A stretch of DNA of 64,000 nucleotides from positions 32,001-96,000 of the forward strand of contig JBGSZS010000011.1 in NCBI GenBank assembly GCA_041750285.1, in the 5' to 3' direction. The notes below the pieces were generated by a model. The model searched no databases, had not been told where the DNA came from, and saw nothing but the letters and a program-made list of their open reading frames with translations. A program made the translations under genes and the position numbers. Position 1 is the stretch's first letter. Each line of letters begins with the position of its first letter. The stretch comes from Candidatus Fermentibacteraceae bacterium. GTDB lineage: Bacteria; Fermentibacterota; Fermentibacteria; Fermentibacterales; JCC-6. Below are positions 7,572 through 16,884 of this stretch, piece by piece.

Positions 7572-10432
7572 AGCTCTCGCTTGCGGCGACCATTTTCCTG
7601 TGCCTCGTCGGGGCGCTTGTGGTCTTCAGCGTATCCACCAACAGCAGGAACAGCATTCTCGTCAAGGAGTACATCTACGTGGCCGCCGGAGCCATTGCGG
7701 GAGCGGCCCTGGGTGTCCTTGTTCTTTCTGGAACCGCACTTCACCTTTACCGAATCCCGCCCGCGGCAGCCGTTTCGCTCGCCCTGATACCCGTACTCAT
7801 GGTCATCGTTCATCTCTGGGGACCGGTCTCCAGCGTCAATGGTCCCTTCACCGTCATGTCGCTCGGGGCTCTCTCCCTTCTGGCGCTGCTTGGTGTGGCC
7901 GTCATCGACAGGAAACACCTCATGCCGCTGGCCCTTTTCATGACGCTCGTTTCTTCGGTGCTCTTCTTGTACTCCCTGCTCCAGTCATTCGGAGTTGTCC
8001 TGTTCCCCTGGGATGCAGGTCTGACCCGCTCCGGCCGCACCTCGGGGTCACTCGGAAACCCGAACCTCCTTGGAGCCTTCTCCGCTGCGATGGTCCCCTT
8101 CGGAACTGCAACGATCCTGTCGCTTGCCGGAAAAGGCTGGGTCAGGGTCTCGCTGACCCTGCTCTATTGCATCCTGGCCGTTGCGGCCCTTACGGCTAGC
8201 GGAACCAGGGGCAGTCTTCTCGGGCTCGCCGGGGGAGTGCTTTTCCTTGGCATCTGGCTTTTCAGAAGAATGCCCATGCCGCACCGCGGGAAACTCCTGC
8301 TGGTGCTGGGGGCCGTACTCGTATCCTTGCTCGCGGTCCTGCCGATGCGACACAGGATACAGGAGATCGCAAGCGACGGCTCGGAGTCGGGAACAGCCCA
8401 GGTCAGGCGCATCATCTGGAGCGGTGGAATCGAAATGTTCAGGGACAGACCTCTTTTCGGATGGGGGCCGGGAAGTTTCCAGATCATCTTCCCGGCATAC
8501 CGGAGCCCTGAATACAGCATCCTGGGGGTAAGTCACAACACCCTGCACGCGCACTGCGAATACCTCGAGATCCTCTGCGACATCGGCCTTCTCGGTCTCG
8601 CAGTCTGGGGGGTGTTCGCCGTGGGCATGCTCCGCAGGATCAGGGGCGCCGGGCTCATCGGTGCCGGCGCAGCTGCGGGCGCTGTTTCGATGCTGGCGGA
8701 AAACCTTGTTTCAGTCTCTCTAAGATGGCCACCCACGGCCTGGCTTTTCTCTCTTCTGTGCACGGTGTTCCTGATCAGGGAAGGACGGGCCATTCACTTT
8801 CACCGGAACGGATCGAGACTGCTCTCGGGGATCGGGCTTGCACTCTCCGCGATCGTGCTTGGAGCCTTTGCCTTCAGGGCATACCCCGCCTCACTCGAAG
8901 CTGCCAGACTTGTCTTTTCCGGCAAGGATGTCCATCTCACGGCAACTGAAGCCCCGATGAACGCTGCCGCCCGTTACGCGAAGACGTTTGTCACCACCGG
9001 GGATCGCCCGGCAGCCACAGCAGCGGCCAACGCCTGGCTTGCCGCCACCGTCCAGGCAGACTCTGCGATCTCGCTCTGCTCCCGGGCCGCATCAGTTGAC
9101 AGGGGCGACCTGAGCGCCCTTTACGCCCTCGGAAGCGCCTACCTCACCCGGGCAATCCTGGCTGCCCCACTCGATGCAAACATCGCCCAGGCCCTCACCG
9201 CATCGGGGCTTGCCGCATCCGACCCGGCCGCCGCCCGCCGCTTCAACGAACTTGGCATGGATACCTACGCGACCCTTTCGGCTCTTGCCCCGAATTACGC
9301 CGAGACCCATAACAACATGGCGATCGGTTACCTTGCACTGGGCGATGTGTACAGTTCGCTGGACGAACTTTACAGGGCTTGGCTGCTTCACGGGCATCGC
9401 AGGCCCGATTACTTCGTTCAGGCCGTCCGTCTGATGCGGGTGGCCCCTGACAGCCGCGGTGCGGCCCGTCTCATATGGAACCAGCTGATTGATGAGCTGT
9501 TGACTGCCCGGAACGACGACATGGTATTGAAGGTTCAGCGGAAACTCGAGAGCCTGACCGTCATCCGCTGGTTCTTCCTCAGGTATGACGATCCATCCGG
9601 ATCCCTCGAGGCTGAACTCCGCGGAACCGCCGACTCCTTCGATCCATGGATCATGCGCTCACTTGACAGTGTCGCCCTTGCCGGTCCGATGCCTCCCGCA
9701 CTAGCCGACAGCGCGTCGCTTCTTCTCGGAGAGGGTCGCGTTTCCGAGGGGCTTGCCGTTCTGGAAAGGCTCCACGATACCCAGAACTGCTCCGGACCAT
9801 TCCTTCCCACGGCATGGCCCGGCCTCGGGGCCGGATACAAGGCCCTGGGCGAGGCCTGCCGTGACATGCAGTGGAGTCCGGAAAACACTGAAGCAATGTT
9901 TCGGCAGATGGTGCTCCTGTTCAGGGCCGACATGATAGCAGCCGCCTCTCTTGACGTGGCCTTCGGCAACCTTTCGGCATCGGTCAGGCCGGGTGTCACC
10001 GATTCTCTCATGGTGCTGTCCGGCAACATCGGAGGTCCCCGTGCCGCCGCCAGGGCGGGGAGCCCGAAACCATGGCTCGAAGGATCCATGCTGGATTCCG
10101 TGGAATCCTCACTCAGGTCTCTCTGCGAGCAGAACCCCTCAGACCCCTCGTGCCATCTTCTCATGACAAGGTTCTACTACCTGGTGGTGACTTCCCTGTG
10201 GTGGGACTCGCCTTTTTTCACCTCCGGGCAGAACCAGTACCTTCTGGACCGGTTGTTCACCTCCCGGGACAGTGTGGCCGCCCTGATGGGATCGGGAGCG
10301 ACCGCGGCACTATCCCGTGCGCTCGACGCCGAACTCGGGAGGGTAGTGATTCAGGTCGATCCGCGGAACCTTTCCGTCCTCGAAGAGTTGAAGGGCGATC
10401 TGGCCGACCTGGTCCCCAGGTTTTCCTACTGA
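7568..10432 (+). CDS. O-antigen ligase (Wzy_C) family protein with long helical/TPR-like C-terminal extension
   Basis: GSLGNPN, TRGSLLG, R..IW, PLFGWGPGSF and HAHCEYLE motifs; about 500 extra Ala-rich residues including PNYAETHNNMA. Confidence 0.8.
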   Translation: MKLSLAATIFLCLVGALVVFSVSTNSRNSILVKEYIYVAAGAIAGAALGVLVLSGTALHLYRIPPAAAVSLALIPVLMVIVHLWGPVSSVNGPFTVMSLGALSLLALLGVAVIDRKHLMPLALFMTLVSSVLFLYSLLQSFGVVLFPWDAGLTRSGRTSGSLGNPNLLGAFSAAMVPFGTATILSLAGKGWVRVSLTLLYCILAVAALTASGTRGSLLGLAGGVLFLGIWLFRRMPMPHRGKLLLVLGAVLVSLLAVLPMRHRIQEIASDGSESGTAQVRRIIWSGGIEMFRDRPLFGWGPGSFQIIFPAYRSPEYSILGVSHNTLHAHCEYLEILCDIGLLGLAVWGVFAVGMLRRIRGAGLIGAGAAAGAVSMLAENLVSVSLRWPPTAWLFSLLCTVFLIREGRAIHFHRNGSRLLSGIGLALSAIVLGAFAFRAYPASLEAARLVFSGKDVHLTATEAPMNAAARYAKTFVTTGDRPAATAAANAWLAATVQADSAISLCSRAASVDRGDLSALYALGSAYLTRAILAAPLDANIAQALTASGLAASDPAAARRFNELGMDTYATLSALAPNYAETHNNMAIGYLALGDVYSSLDELYRAWLLHGHRRPDYFVQAVRLMRVAPDSRGAARLIWNQLIDELLTARNDDMVLKVQRKLESLTVIRWFFLRYDDPSGSLEAELRGTADSFDPWIMRSLDSVALAGPMPPALADSASLLLGEGRVSEGLAVLERLHDTQNCSGPFLPTAWPGLGAGYKALGEACRDMQWSPENTEAMFRQMVLLFRADMIAAASLDVAFGNLSASVRPGVTDSLMVLSGNIGGPRAAARAGSPKPWLEGSMLDSVESSLRSLCEQNPSDPSCHLLMTRFYYLVVTSLWWDSPFFTSGQNQYLLDRLFTSRDSVAALMGSGATAALSRALDAELGRVVIQVDPRNLSVLEELKGDLADLVPRFSY

Positions 10433-10444
10433 CCGGCCCGGCTC

Positions 10445-10473
10445 TTGTTACATCCCGTGCAGGAAGTTATATT
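10445..10473 (+). promoter_or_regulatory. Putative sigma70 promoter of the rimP-nusA-infB operon
   Basis: TTGTTA-17 nt-TATATT. Confidence 0.5.
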
Positions 10474-10496
10474 CATCGACGATGGGTATGAACCGT

Positions 10497-10518
10497 ACAG
10501 GGGGTTTCCCCCTGTTTT
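10497..10518 (+). terminator. Terminator/attenuator hairpin in the rimP leader
   Basis: ACAGGGGG-TTT-CCCCCTGT followed by TTT, between the promoter and the rimP start. Confidence 0.55.
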
Positions 10519-10551
10519 CATATCATCCGGGGTGATACGGGAGAGGATACC

Positions 10552-10971
10552 ATGGAAGCCGAAGGTTTGAGGGAACTCGTGGACACTGCTGTAGGGCGTG
10601 CCGGTCTCCTGCTGGTGGACCTTCAGCTGGTCAGAACCGGGAGAAGGGTCCTTCTGCGGGTTCTTGCCGATCGAAAGGGCAGGATCACCGTGGGGGAGTG
10701 CGCTTCACTCTCCCGGGAGATCAGCGACCTGGTCGATGCCCATGGGGTACTGGAGGCTGAATACACCCTGGAGGTGAGCTCCCCCGGAATTGGCAGACCC
10801 CTGTCGATATCTGTGGACTGGGAGAGATGCCAGGGCAGAAAGCTCTTCGTAAAGACAGCCGAACTCGAGACAACGGGTGTCCTTGTCGGCCATGAAGACA
10901 GCGATCTCATTATGGAGGGGGATGTCAGGATTCCCCTTGAAGCAGTTCTCGAGGCCCGTGAAGTGATCTGA
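10552..10971 (+). CDS. rimP: Ribosome maturation factor RimP
   Basis: YTLEVSSPGIGRPL motif; directly upstream of nusA. Confidence 0.95.
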   Translation: MEAEGLRELVDTAVGRAGLLLVDLQLVRTGRRVLLRVLADRKGRITVGECASLSREISDLVDAHGVLEAEYTLEVSSPGIGRPLSISVDWERCQGRKLFVKTAELETTGVLVGHEDSDLIMEGDVRIPLEAVLEAREVI

Positions 10972-10985
10972 CGAAAGGTACAGTG

Positions 10986-12383
10986 ATGGCCGAATTTGAA
11001 CGCATAGATGCACTTGCGCGCATGGTTCGTGAGATGGGCGTAAACCGGGAGACCATCCTGAGCAGCATCCACGAGGGTCTCATCAGGGCTTCCGAGAGGG
11101 AGTACGGCGCACCCCTCGAATACAGGGTTACATGGGAGCAGGGCACGGGCGATGTAAGAATGGAAGCCCTGAAGACCGTCGTTGAAAAGGTCGAGCGTGG
11201 AATGGGTCACCTTCAGGTAACCCTTCCGGCTGCCCGCAAGATAGATCCCGAACTGAAACTCGGCGATCTTGCTCCGGTCAAGATTAACATCAACGATTTC
11301 GGAAGGGCCGCAGTGGCGGTTTTCCGCCGGGAGTTCCTCACACTCGTTCAGGCAGCCGAGAGGGAGCAGGTCCTGAAGGAATTCGGCGACAGGCTGAAGT
11401 GCATCGTTCCGAGATGCAAGGTGCAGCAGGTCTACCGGAACAGGATACTGGTGCAGGTCGCGGGAAGGATCGAGGCCGAAGTGCCCGAAAAGGAACGGTC
11501 CCGCGGGGAACGCTACGAACAGGGTGATTCTATCAACCCCGTCCTCATCGAGATCAGACCTGCCCGTTCAAGCGAGCCCCAGCTGGTTCTCTCCAGGGCC
11601 ACCCCCGAACTGGTGAAAAGGCTCTTCGAAAGGGAAGCCCCCGAGATCGAGGAGGGGCAGGTCGTGATCGAGCTAATCGCCCGCGAGGCAGGGGTCAGAA
11701 CCAAGATTGCGGTTCGAAGCAACGATATCAGGATAGACGCGGTTGGCGCTTTCGTGGGAATGAAGGGAACCAGGGTCCAGTCCGTCATGCGTGAGCTCAA
11801 CGGAGAGCGGATAGACATCATCCCCTTCACGCACGACATGAAGACGCTGGCCTCCAACGCGCTCACTCCGGCCAGGGTCGTTCACATTGAAAACTCGGGA
11901 ACGGTTTACGACGAGACACTTGGCAGGGACATACCAAGGCTGGTTGCGGTGGTCCCCGACGACGAGCACCTTCAGGCCATAGGCAAGCGCGGACACAACG
12001 TCAGGCTCGCGGGAGAGCTCGCGGGCTGCAGGATCGACCTGAAAACGCAATCGCAGTGGGAGGAAGAGAACTACTGGGAGACCAAGCTGTCCGTGGATGC
12101 CAGGGAGCTTCCCTCGGTTGGTGAGAAGCTCGCTGAGCGCCTGCGGCTTGCGGGTCTCGACACGGCGAAGGCCATCCTCGAGGCCGACCAGGAAACCCTT
12201 CTGAACGTTCAGGGAATAGGTCCGGTCACCCTGGCCCAGATCCTCGCGGACGCCCGGTCGGCCATCGAGGGCAGGGAGGCCCAGGTCAGCGAGGAGAAGA
12301 GACTGAAGGAAGAATCGCTGAGGGAAGAGGCGTCCGGCGAAGACGACACCGGAGACGGGAAAGCGGGTGATGTTCTTGACTGA
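10986..12383 (+). CDS. nusA: Transcription termination/antitermination factor NusA
   Basis: FGR, S1 and KH domains (AREAGVRTKIAV, AIGKRGHNVRLA), C-terminal HhH repeats. Confidence 0.97.
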   Translation: MAEFERIDALARMVREMGVNRETILSSIHEGLIRASEREYGAPLEYRVTWEQGTGDVRMEALKTVVEKVERGMGHLQVTLPAARKIDPELKLGDLAPVKININDFGRAAVAVFRREFLTLVQAAEREQVLKEFGDRLKCIVPRCKVQQVYRNRILVQVAGRIEAEVPEKERSRGERYEQGDSINPVLIEIRPARSSEPQLVLSRATPELVKRLFEREAPEIEEGQVVIELIAREAGVRTKIAVRSNDIRIDAVGAFVGMKGTRVQSVMRELNGERIDIIPFTHDMKTLASNALTPARVVHIENSGTVYDETLGRDIPRLVAVVPDDEHLQAIGKRGHNVRLAGELAGCRIDLKTQSQWEEENYWETKLSVDARELPSVGEKLAERLRLAGLDTAKAILEADQETLLNVQGIGPVTLAQILADARSAIEGREAQVSEEKRLKEESLREEASGEDDTGDGKAGDVLD

Positions 12384-14523
12384 ACAAACGGGACAGATCC
12401 AGAAGAAGAAGAGGGTGTACGAACTGGCCCGGGAGCTGAACCTTTCCAGCGAGGCTCTGGTGAAGATCCTGACCGACCTCGGCATCGAAGCCAAAAGTCA
12501 CATGAGCGCCATTGACGCCGTGCAGGAGAAAACGGTTCTCGACAGGTTCGACGAGGAGAAGAAGGCCGCCCTGAACAAGGCGGCACAGAAGAAGACGGTG
12601 AAGAGACGCCGCCGCAAGAAGAAGGCCACGGTTTCCGCCGAGACCGTCAAGACCGTTAAATCCAACCTGGCCCAGATCGAAAGCGGCACCTCCAGGGGCG
12701 GCAAGAAGAAGAGAAGGCGTTACAAGGAGGAAAAGCAGGAAAGGCACGAGCTCAGACAGGGCAAACAGGAGGACGGGAAGAAACTGCTCGTCCCCGAGAA
12801 CACATCGCCCGCGGAACTCGCCGAACAGATGGGTGTGCCCGTCAGCAGGGTCATTGCCTCCTGCATGGGTCTTGGAGTGATGGCAACGGCCAACCAGAGG
12901 CTCGACACCGATGCCGTGAGCCTTCTGGCGGCTGAATTCGGCTTCGAGGTCGAGACGGTGAAGGAGTTCGGCGCCGAAGCCCTCGAGGAGAAGCGTCTCT
13001 CCAGGGGCGGCGAGCGAAGCACAAGACCCCCTGTGGTAACCATCATGGGGCATGTGGATCATGGGAAGACCGCCCTTCTGGACCGGATCCGGTCCACCAA
13101 CGTCATCTCCACCGAATCAGGCGGTATAACCCAGCACATAGGCGCCTATGTATCGACCCTCGACAACGGGAGCGTCATCACCTTCATTGACACCCCCGGG
13201 CACCAGGCATTCACAGCCATGAGGGCCAGGGGCGCCCTCATCACCGACATCGTCGTCCTTGTCATTGCCGGCGACAGCAGGGTGATGCCCCAGACGCAGG
13301 AATCAATCGACCACGCCCGGGCCGCGGGAATACCCATAGTAGTGGCCATCACCAAGATGGACCTGCCAACGGCCAACCCTGAGTTCATCAAGCAGGATCT
13401 CGCCAACCGGGGGGTCCTTGTCGAGGAGTGGAGCGGCTCGGTACAGTGTGCACAGGTCTCGGCCATGACTGGCGAGGGCATTGGCGATCTTCTCGAGAAG
13501 ATCCTCCTCCAGGCGGAAATGCTCGAACTTGCCGCCGTCCCCGACCGTCCGGCGCGTGGAACCGTGCTCGAGGGGAGGATGGATCCCCGGCGCGGAAGCG
13601 TGGTCAACCTTCTCGTGCAGGACGGCACGCTTCGTGACGGCGATTTCTTCGTGGCGGGACAGTTCTGCGGCAGGACCCGCGCCCTCTACGATGAAAACGA
13701 GAACCAGGTCGAGTCAGTGGGCCCCGGGTATCCGGTGCAGCTTCTGGGAACACCTGGGGTTCCCGAAGCGGGGGACAGTTTCGTCGTCGTGGAGAGTGAG
13801 CAGGAAGCAAGACGGGTGGCCCTCAGACGTCAGCTGGTTGAACGGGAGAAGGACCTTCAGGCTCGCAGAAGGGTGACACTTCAGGACTTCTGGGCAGCCT
13901 CGGGCGACGAGAGGATACTCAACATCGTGCTGAAGGCTGACTTCCAGGGCAGCGCCGAGGCCATTGTCGACACACTTCAGAAACTGCAGACTGAAGAAGT
14001 CTCGGTGGCCGTGATCCACAGCGGCACGGGCGGTATCAACGAAAGCGATGTCGACCTTGCCGTTGCCTCGAATGCCGTCATCCTTGGTTTCAGGGTCAGA
14101 CCGGACGCCAGGGCCCGGGAGAGGGCATCGTCACAGGGCATTGAGATCAGCACCTTCAGCGTCATCTACGACATAGAGGACACAGTCAGGAAAGCCCTTT
14201 CGGGCCTGCTTCGACCCGAGGAGAAAGAGCAGTTCCTGGGTTCCGCCGAAGTCAGGGAGACATTCAAGGTTCCCAAGGCGGGAACAATTGCCGGGTGCTA
14301 TGTAATGGCCGGACTTATCAGAAGGAACGCAAGGATCCGTCTGGTTCGCGACGGCGTGATCGTTCACGAAGGCTCGATCTGCTCCCTCAAGCACTTCAAG
14401 GAAGACAAGCGGGAGATAAGCGCCGGTTTTGAATGCGGCATAGGCGTCGCGGGATACGGCGACATCAAGGTGGGAGACATAATCGAAAGCTACGAGATCA
14501 TCCAGATCGCCAGGGAGCTCTGA
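12370..14523 (+). CDS. infB: Translation initiation factor IF-2
   Basis: RVYELAREL N-domain, RPPVVTIMGHVDHGKT, GGITQHIGAY and DTPGH motifs; start could be 12367, 12370 or 12376. Confidence 0.98.
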   Translation: MFLTEQTGQIQKKKRVYELARELNLSSEALVKILTDLGIEAKSHMSAIDAVQEKTVLDRFDEEKKAALNKAAQKKTVKRRRRKKKATVSAETVKTVKSNLAQIESGTSRGGKKKRRRYKEEKQERHELRQGKQEDGKKLLVPENTSPAELAEQMGVPVSRVIASCMGLGVMATANQRLDTDAVSLLAAEFGFEVETVKEFGAEALEEKRLSRGGERSTRPPVVTIMGHVDHGKTALLDRIRSTNVISTESGGITQHIGAYVSTLDNGSVITFIDTPGHQAFTAMRARGALITDIVVLVIAGDSRVMPQTQESIDHARAAGIPIVVAITKMDLPTANPEFIKQDLANRGVLVEEWSGSVQCAQVSAMTGEGIGDLLEKILLQAEMLELAAVPDRPARGTVLEGRMDPRRGSVVNLLVQDGTLRDGDFFVAGQFCGRTRALYDENENQVESVGPGYPVQLLGTPGVPEAGDSFVVVESEQEARRVALRRQLVEREKDLQARRRVTLQDFWAASGDERILNIVLKADFQGSAEAIVDTLQKLQTEEVSVAVIHSGTGGINESDVDLAVASNAVILGFRVRPDARARERASSQGIEISTFSVIYDIEDTVRKALSGLLRPEEKEQFLGSAEVRETFKVPKAGTIAGCYVMAGLIRRNARIRLVRDGVIVHEGSICSLKHFKEDKREISAGFECGIGVAGYGDIKVGDIIESYEIIQIAREL

Positions 14524-14526
14524 ACC

Positions 14527-14883
14527 TTGAACCCGCGCAAGCTCGAGAAGCTTTCGGGAACGGTGCAGCGGTTTCTCTCCGACATTCTCGGCAAGGAGAT
14601 ATCCGATCCCCGGCTGAGGGGTGCGATCGTGAACCGTGTCGTGTTGAGCAGCGATGGCTCAAGCGCAAGGGTTTTCTATTCACTCATGGGTTCCGAGGAA
14701 GATGAGCGGCAGTGCAGGGAGGCAATGGCTTCCGCACTGCCATTCATCAGACGCCGTCTGGCAGCTTTCCTCGAAACACGTACGGTGCCGGTGCTCCAGT
14801 TCGTATACGATTCGTCGATAAGGGAGGGTGAGCTGGTTCTCAGCGCCATCAGGAAGCTGGGAAGGGACACCTCTCCGGATTGA
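14527..14883 (+). CDS. rbfA: Ribosome-binding factor A
   Basis: DPRL, V.LSSD...ARVF and VP.LQF.YD.S motifs; follows infB. Confidence 0.93.
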   Translation: MNPRKLEKLSGTVQRFLSDILGKEISDPRLRGAIVNRVVLSSDGSSARVFYSLMGSEEDERQCREAMASALPFIRRRLAAFLETRTVPVLQFVYDSSIREGELVLSAIRKLGRDTSPD

Positions 14884-15728
14884 GCGGCGGAGTATACCTC
14901 TTCAGCAAGCCGGAAGGTTTGACATCAAGGACCGCATCGACGCTCGTTGCCCGTGCATGGGGCTACTCAAAAAGGGGACACTGCGGCACTCTCGACCCGG
15001 CCGCCAGGGGAGTGCTTCCTGTCCTTCTGGGTGGAGCCACCCGGCTTTCCCCCTTTCTGACCGGCGGTTCGAAGATCTACTCATTCACCATGGTCCTGGG
15101 AGTGTCCACTGACAGCGACGACATGGAGGGCGAGGTCACGGGCAGAACCGACGCTTCGGCAGTTACACTCCCCATGCTTTCCGGGGCCTTGAAAACCCTC
15201 ACCGGGTCATTCAGTCAGAAGGCCCCCCTTTTCAGCGCAGTGAGGGTCGGGGGTGTGCGGGCCTACCGGTCGGCCCGGACGGGAGACCGCCCTGAGATGC
15301 CTTCCAGGATGGTCGAAGTGAGCGGCTGGGAGATCGGAGAGCTGAAGGATTGCATGGCGCGGCTCAGGGTGACAGTATCCCCCGGAACCTACATAAGGGC
15401 ACTTGCCCGGGACGCGGGGGAGGCTCTGGGAGTAGGGGCCGTTGCCACCTGCATAGTAAGGGAGTTTTCGGGAGGGTTCACCATCGACGAATGCTCATGC
15501 GAGTACGATGATCCCGCCGCCATGCTGACGATGGCGGAAGCAATGCGCGGCTACCCTGTGCGCCGTCTCGCGCCGTCCGAGACCGATGCCGTGCTGCACG
15601 GCATTCCGGTTCAGGGTTCCGTCCGCGGAACGGTGTCCATGGTTTCCGACGACGGAAGGCTTGTTGCCGTCGGGTCGGGGAACGGAGAGACCATCCACCC
15701 CGCATGCGTTCTGGAGAAGCCGTGCTGA
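14880..15728 (+). CDS. truB: tRNA pseudouridine(55) synthase TruB
   Basis: KPEG.TS, GHCGTLDPAA.GVL and GTYIRALARD motifs. Confidence 0.95.
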   Translation: MSGGVYLFSKPEGLTSRTASTLVARAWGYSKRGHCGTLDPAARGVLPVLLGGATRLSPFLTGGSKIYSFTMVLGVSTDSDDMEGEVTGRTDASAVTLPMLSGALKTLTGSFSQKAPLFSAVRVGGVRAYRSARTGDRPEMPSRMVEVSGWEIGELKDCMARLRVTVSPGTYIRALARDAGEALGVGAVATCIVREFSGGFTIDECSCEYDDPAAMLTMAEAMRGYPVRRLAPSETDAVLHGIPVQGSVRGTVSMVSDDGRLVAVGSGNGETIHPACVLEKPC

Positions 15729-16561
15729 CCGCCGTCCTTGGAGGTTTTGACGGCATTCACCTGGGCCACAGGCATTTGATCGCCAGCGCGGTTCCGGCCC
15801 CAGTCGTCATCTGCATGGAGCCCATCCCGAGGCAGGTGATCGCAGGTCCCTCCTGGACAAGAAGGCTCACAACACCCGGGGAGCGCCGGAAAGCATTGCA
15901 CGATATGGGCATAATGGGTATTATTGACCTGCCTTTTCACAGCGGGCTCATGGCGTGTACGCCGGAGGAATTTCCATCGGTTCTCTCGCGCCTGGGCAGG
16001 TTCGACCGGGTGGCCGTAGGATGGGATTTCAGGTACGGCCATGATCGCGCGGGGCAGGCGTCCGACCTTGCCGGTTCGCTGCCGGGTGTCGAGGTCATCG
16101 TCGTCCCCCCCCTCCTCAGGGAAGGCCGGCCAGTGAAGAGCGAGGGCATTCGCAACCTCCTCGAAGCGGGAATGCTCGACGAGGCGGCGGAACTGCTGGG
16201 GCGCGGGTACCGTTGTCTTGGGGTCGTGTCACGGGGAAGGGGGAGGGGAAGGCTGCTGGGGTTTCCCACCATGAACGTGACCGTACCCTGGTGCAAGCTT
16301 CTTCCTCCTGCGGGAAGCTATGCAGTGAGTGTCCGGGTGCGCGGTGCAGAGTATCCGGCGGCAGCTTTCAGGCTGCCGGGCAGGAGTTGTGTCGAAGTTC
16401 ACATCCCCGGTTTTCATGGGGAAACCTACGGATGTGTCGCCGAGGTCGTATTCGCCAGGGGTCTTCGCAGACCGGAGAGGGCGCACGACGACCGACAACT
16501 GAAGGAACTGATCGACAGGGATGTCAATGCCGCAATGGAGGTAATGAAACAATGGCAGTGA
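15722..16561 (+). CDS. ribF: Bifunctional riboflavin kinase/FAD synthetase
   Basis: [26 protein letters not shown] and EVHI motifs. Confidence 0.9.
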   Translation: MLTAVLGGFDGIHLGHRHLIASAVPAPVVICMEPIPRQVIAGPSWTRRLTTPGERRKALHDMGIMGIIDLPFHSGLMACTPEEFPSVLSRLGRFDRVAVGWDFRYGHDRAGQASDLAGSLPGVEVIVVPPLLREGRPVKSEGIRNLLEAGMLDEAAELLGRGYRCLGVVSRGRGRGRLLGFPTMNVTVPWCKLLPPAGSYAVSVRVRGAEYPAAAFRLPGRSCVEVHIPGFHGETYGCVAEVVFARGLRRPERAHDDRQLKELIDRDVNAAMEVMKQWQ

Positions 16562-16821
16562 CCACTGAGAAGAAGAGCGAACTCGTTGTGAAGTTCGGAA
16601 AGGACGCCCGTGACACGGGCAACGCCGAAGTACAGATAGCCCTTCTCACGGAGAGGATCATGGGACTCACCGAACACGCGAAACTTCACCCCAAGGATCA
16701 TAACTCCAAGAGGGGGCTGCTCATGCTGGTGGGTCAGAGAAGAAGGCTTCTCGACTACCTGAAGGCCCGCGAAATCGAGAGATACAGGGCAATTGTCGGA
16801 GAACTGGGTCTTCGCAGATAG
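16552..16821 (+). CDS. rpsO: 30S ribosomal protein S15
   Basis: [13 protein letters not shown]...[28 protein letters not shown] at 16552 after GGAGG. Confidence 0.98.
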   Translation: MAVTTEKKSELVVKFGKDARDTGNAEVQIALLTERIMGLTEHAKLHPKDHNSKRGLLMLVGQRRRLLDYLKAREIERYRAIVGELGLRR

Positions 16822-16884
16822 CTGCAGGGCTCGTTGCCCGGACTTTTCCGGGAATCGGAAGTAAGAATCGGAAGAAGAGAAACG

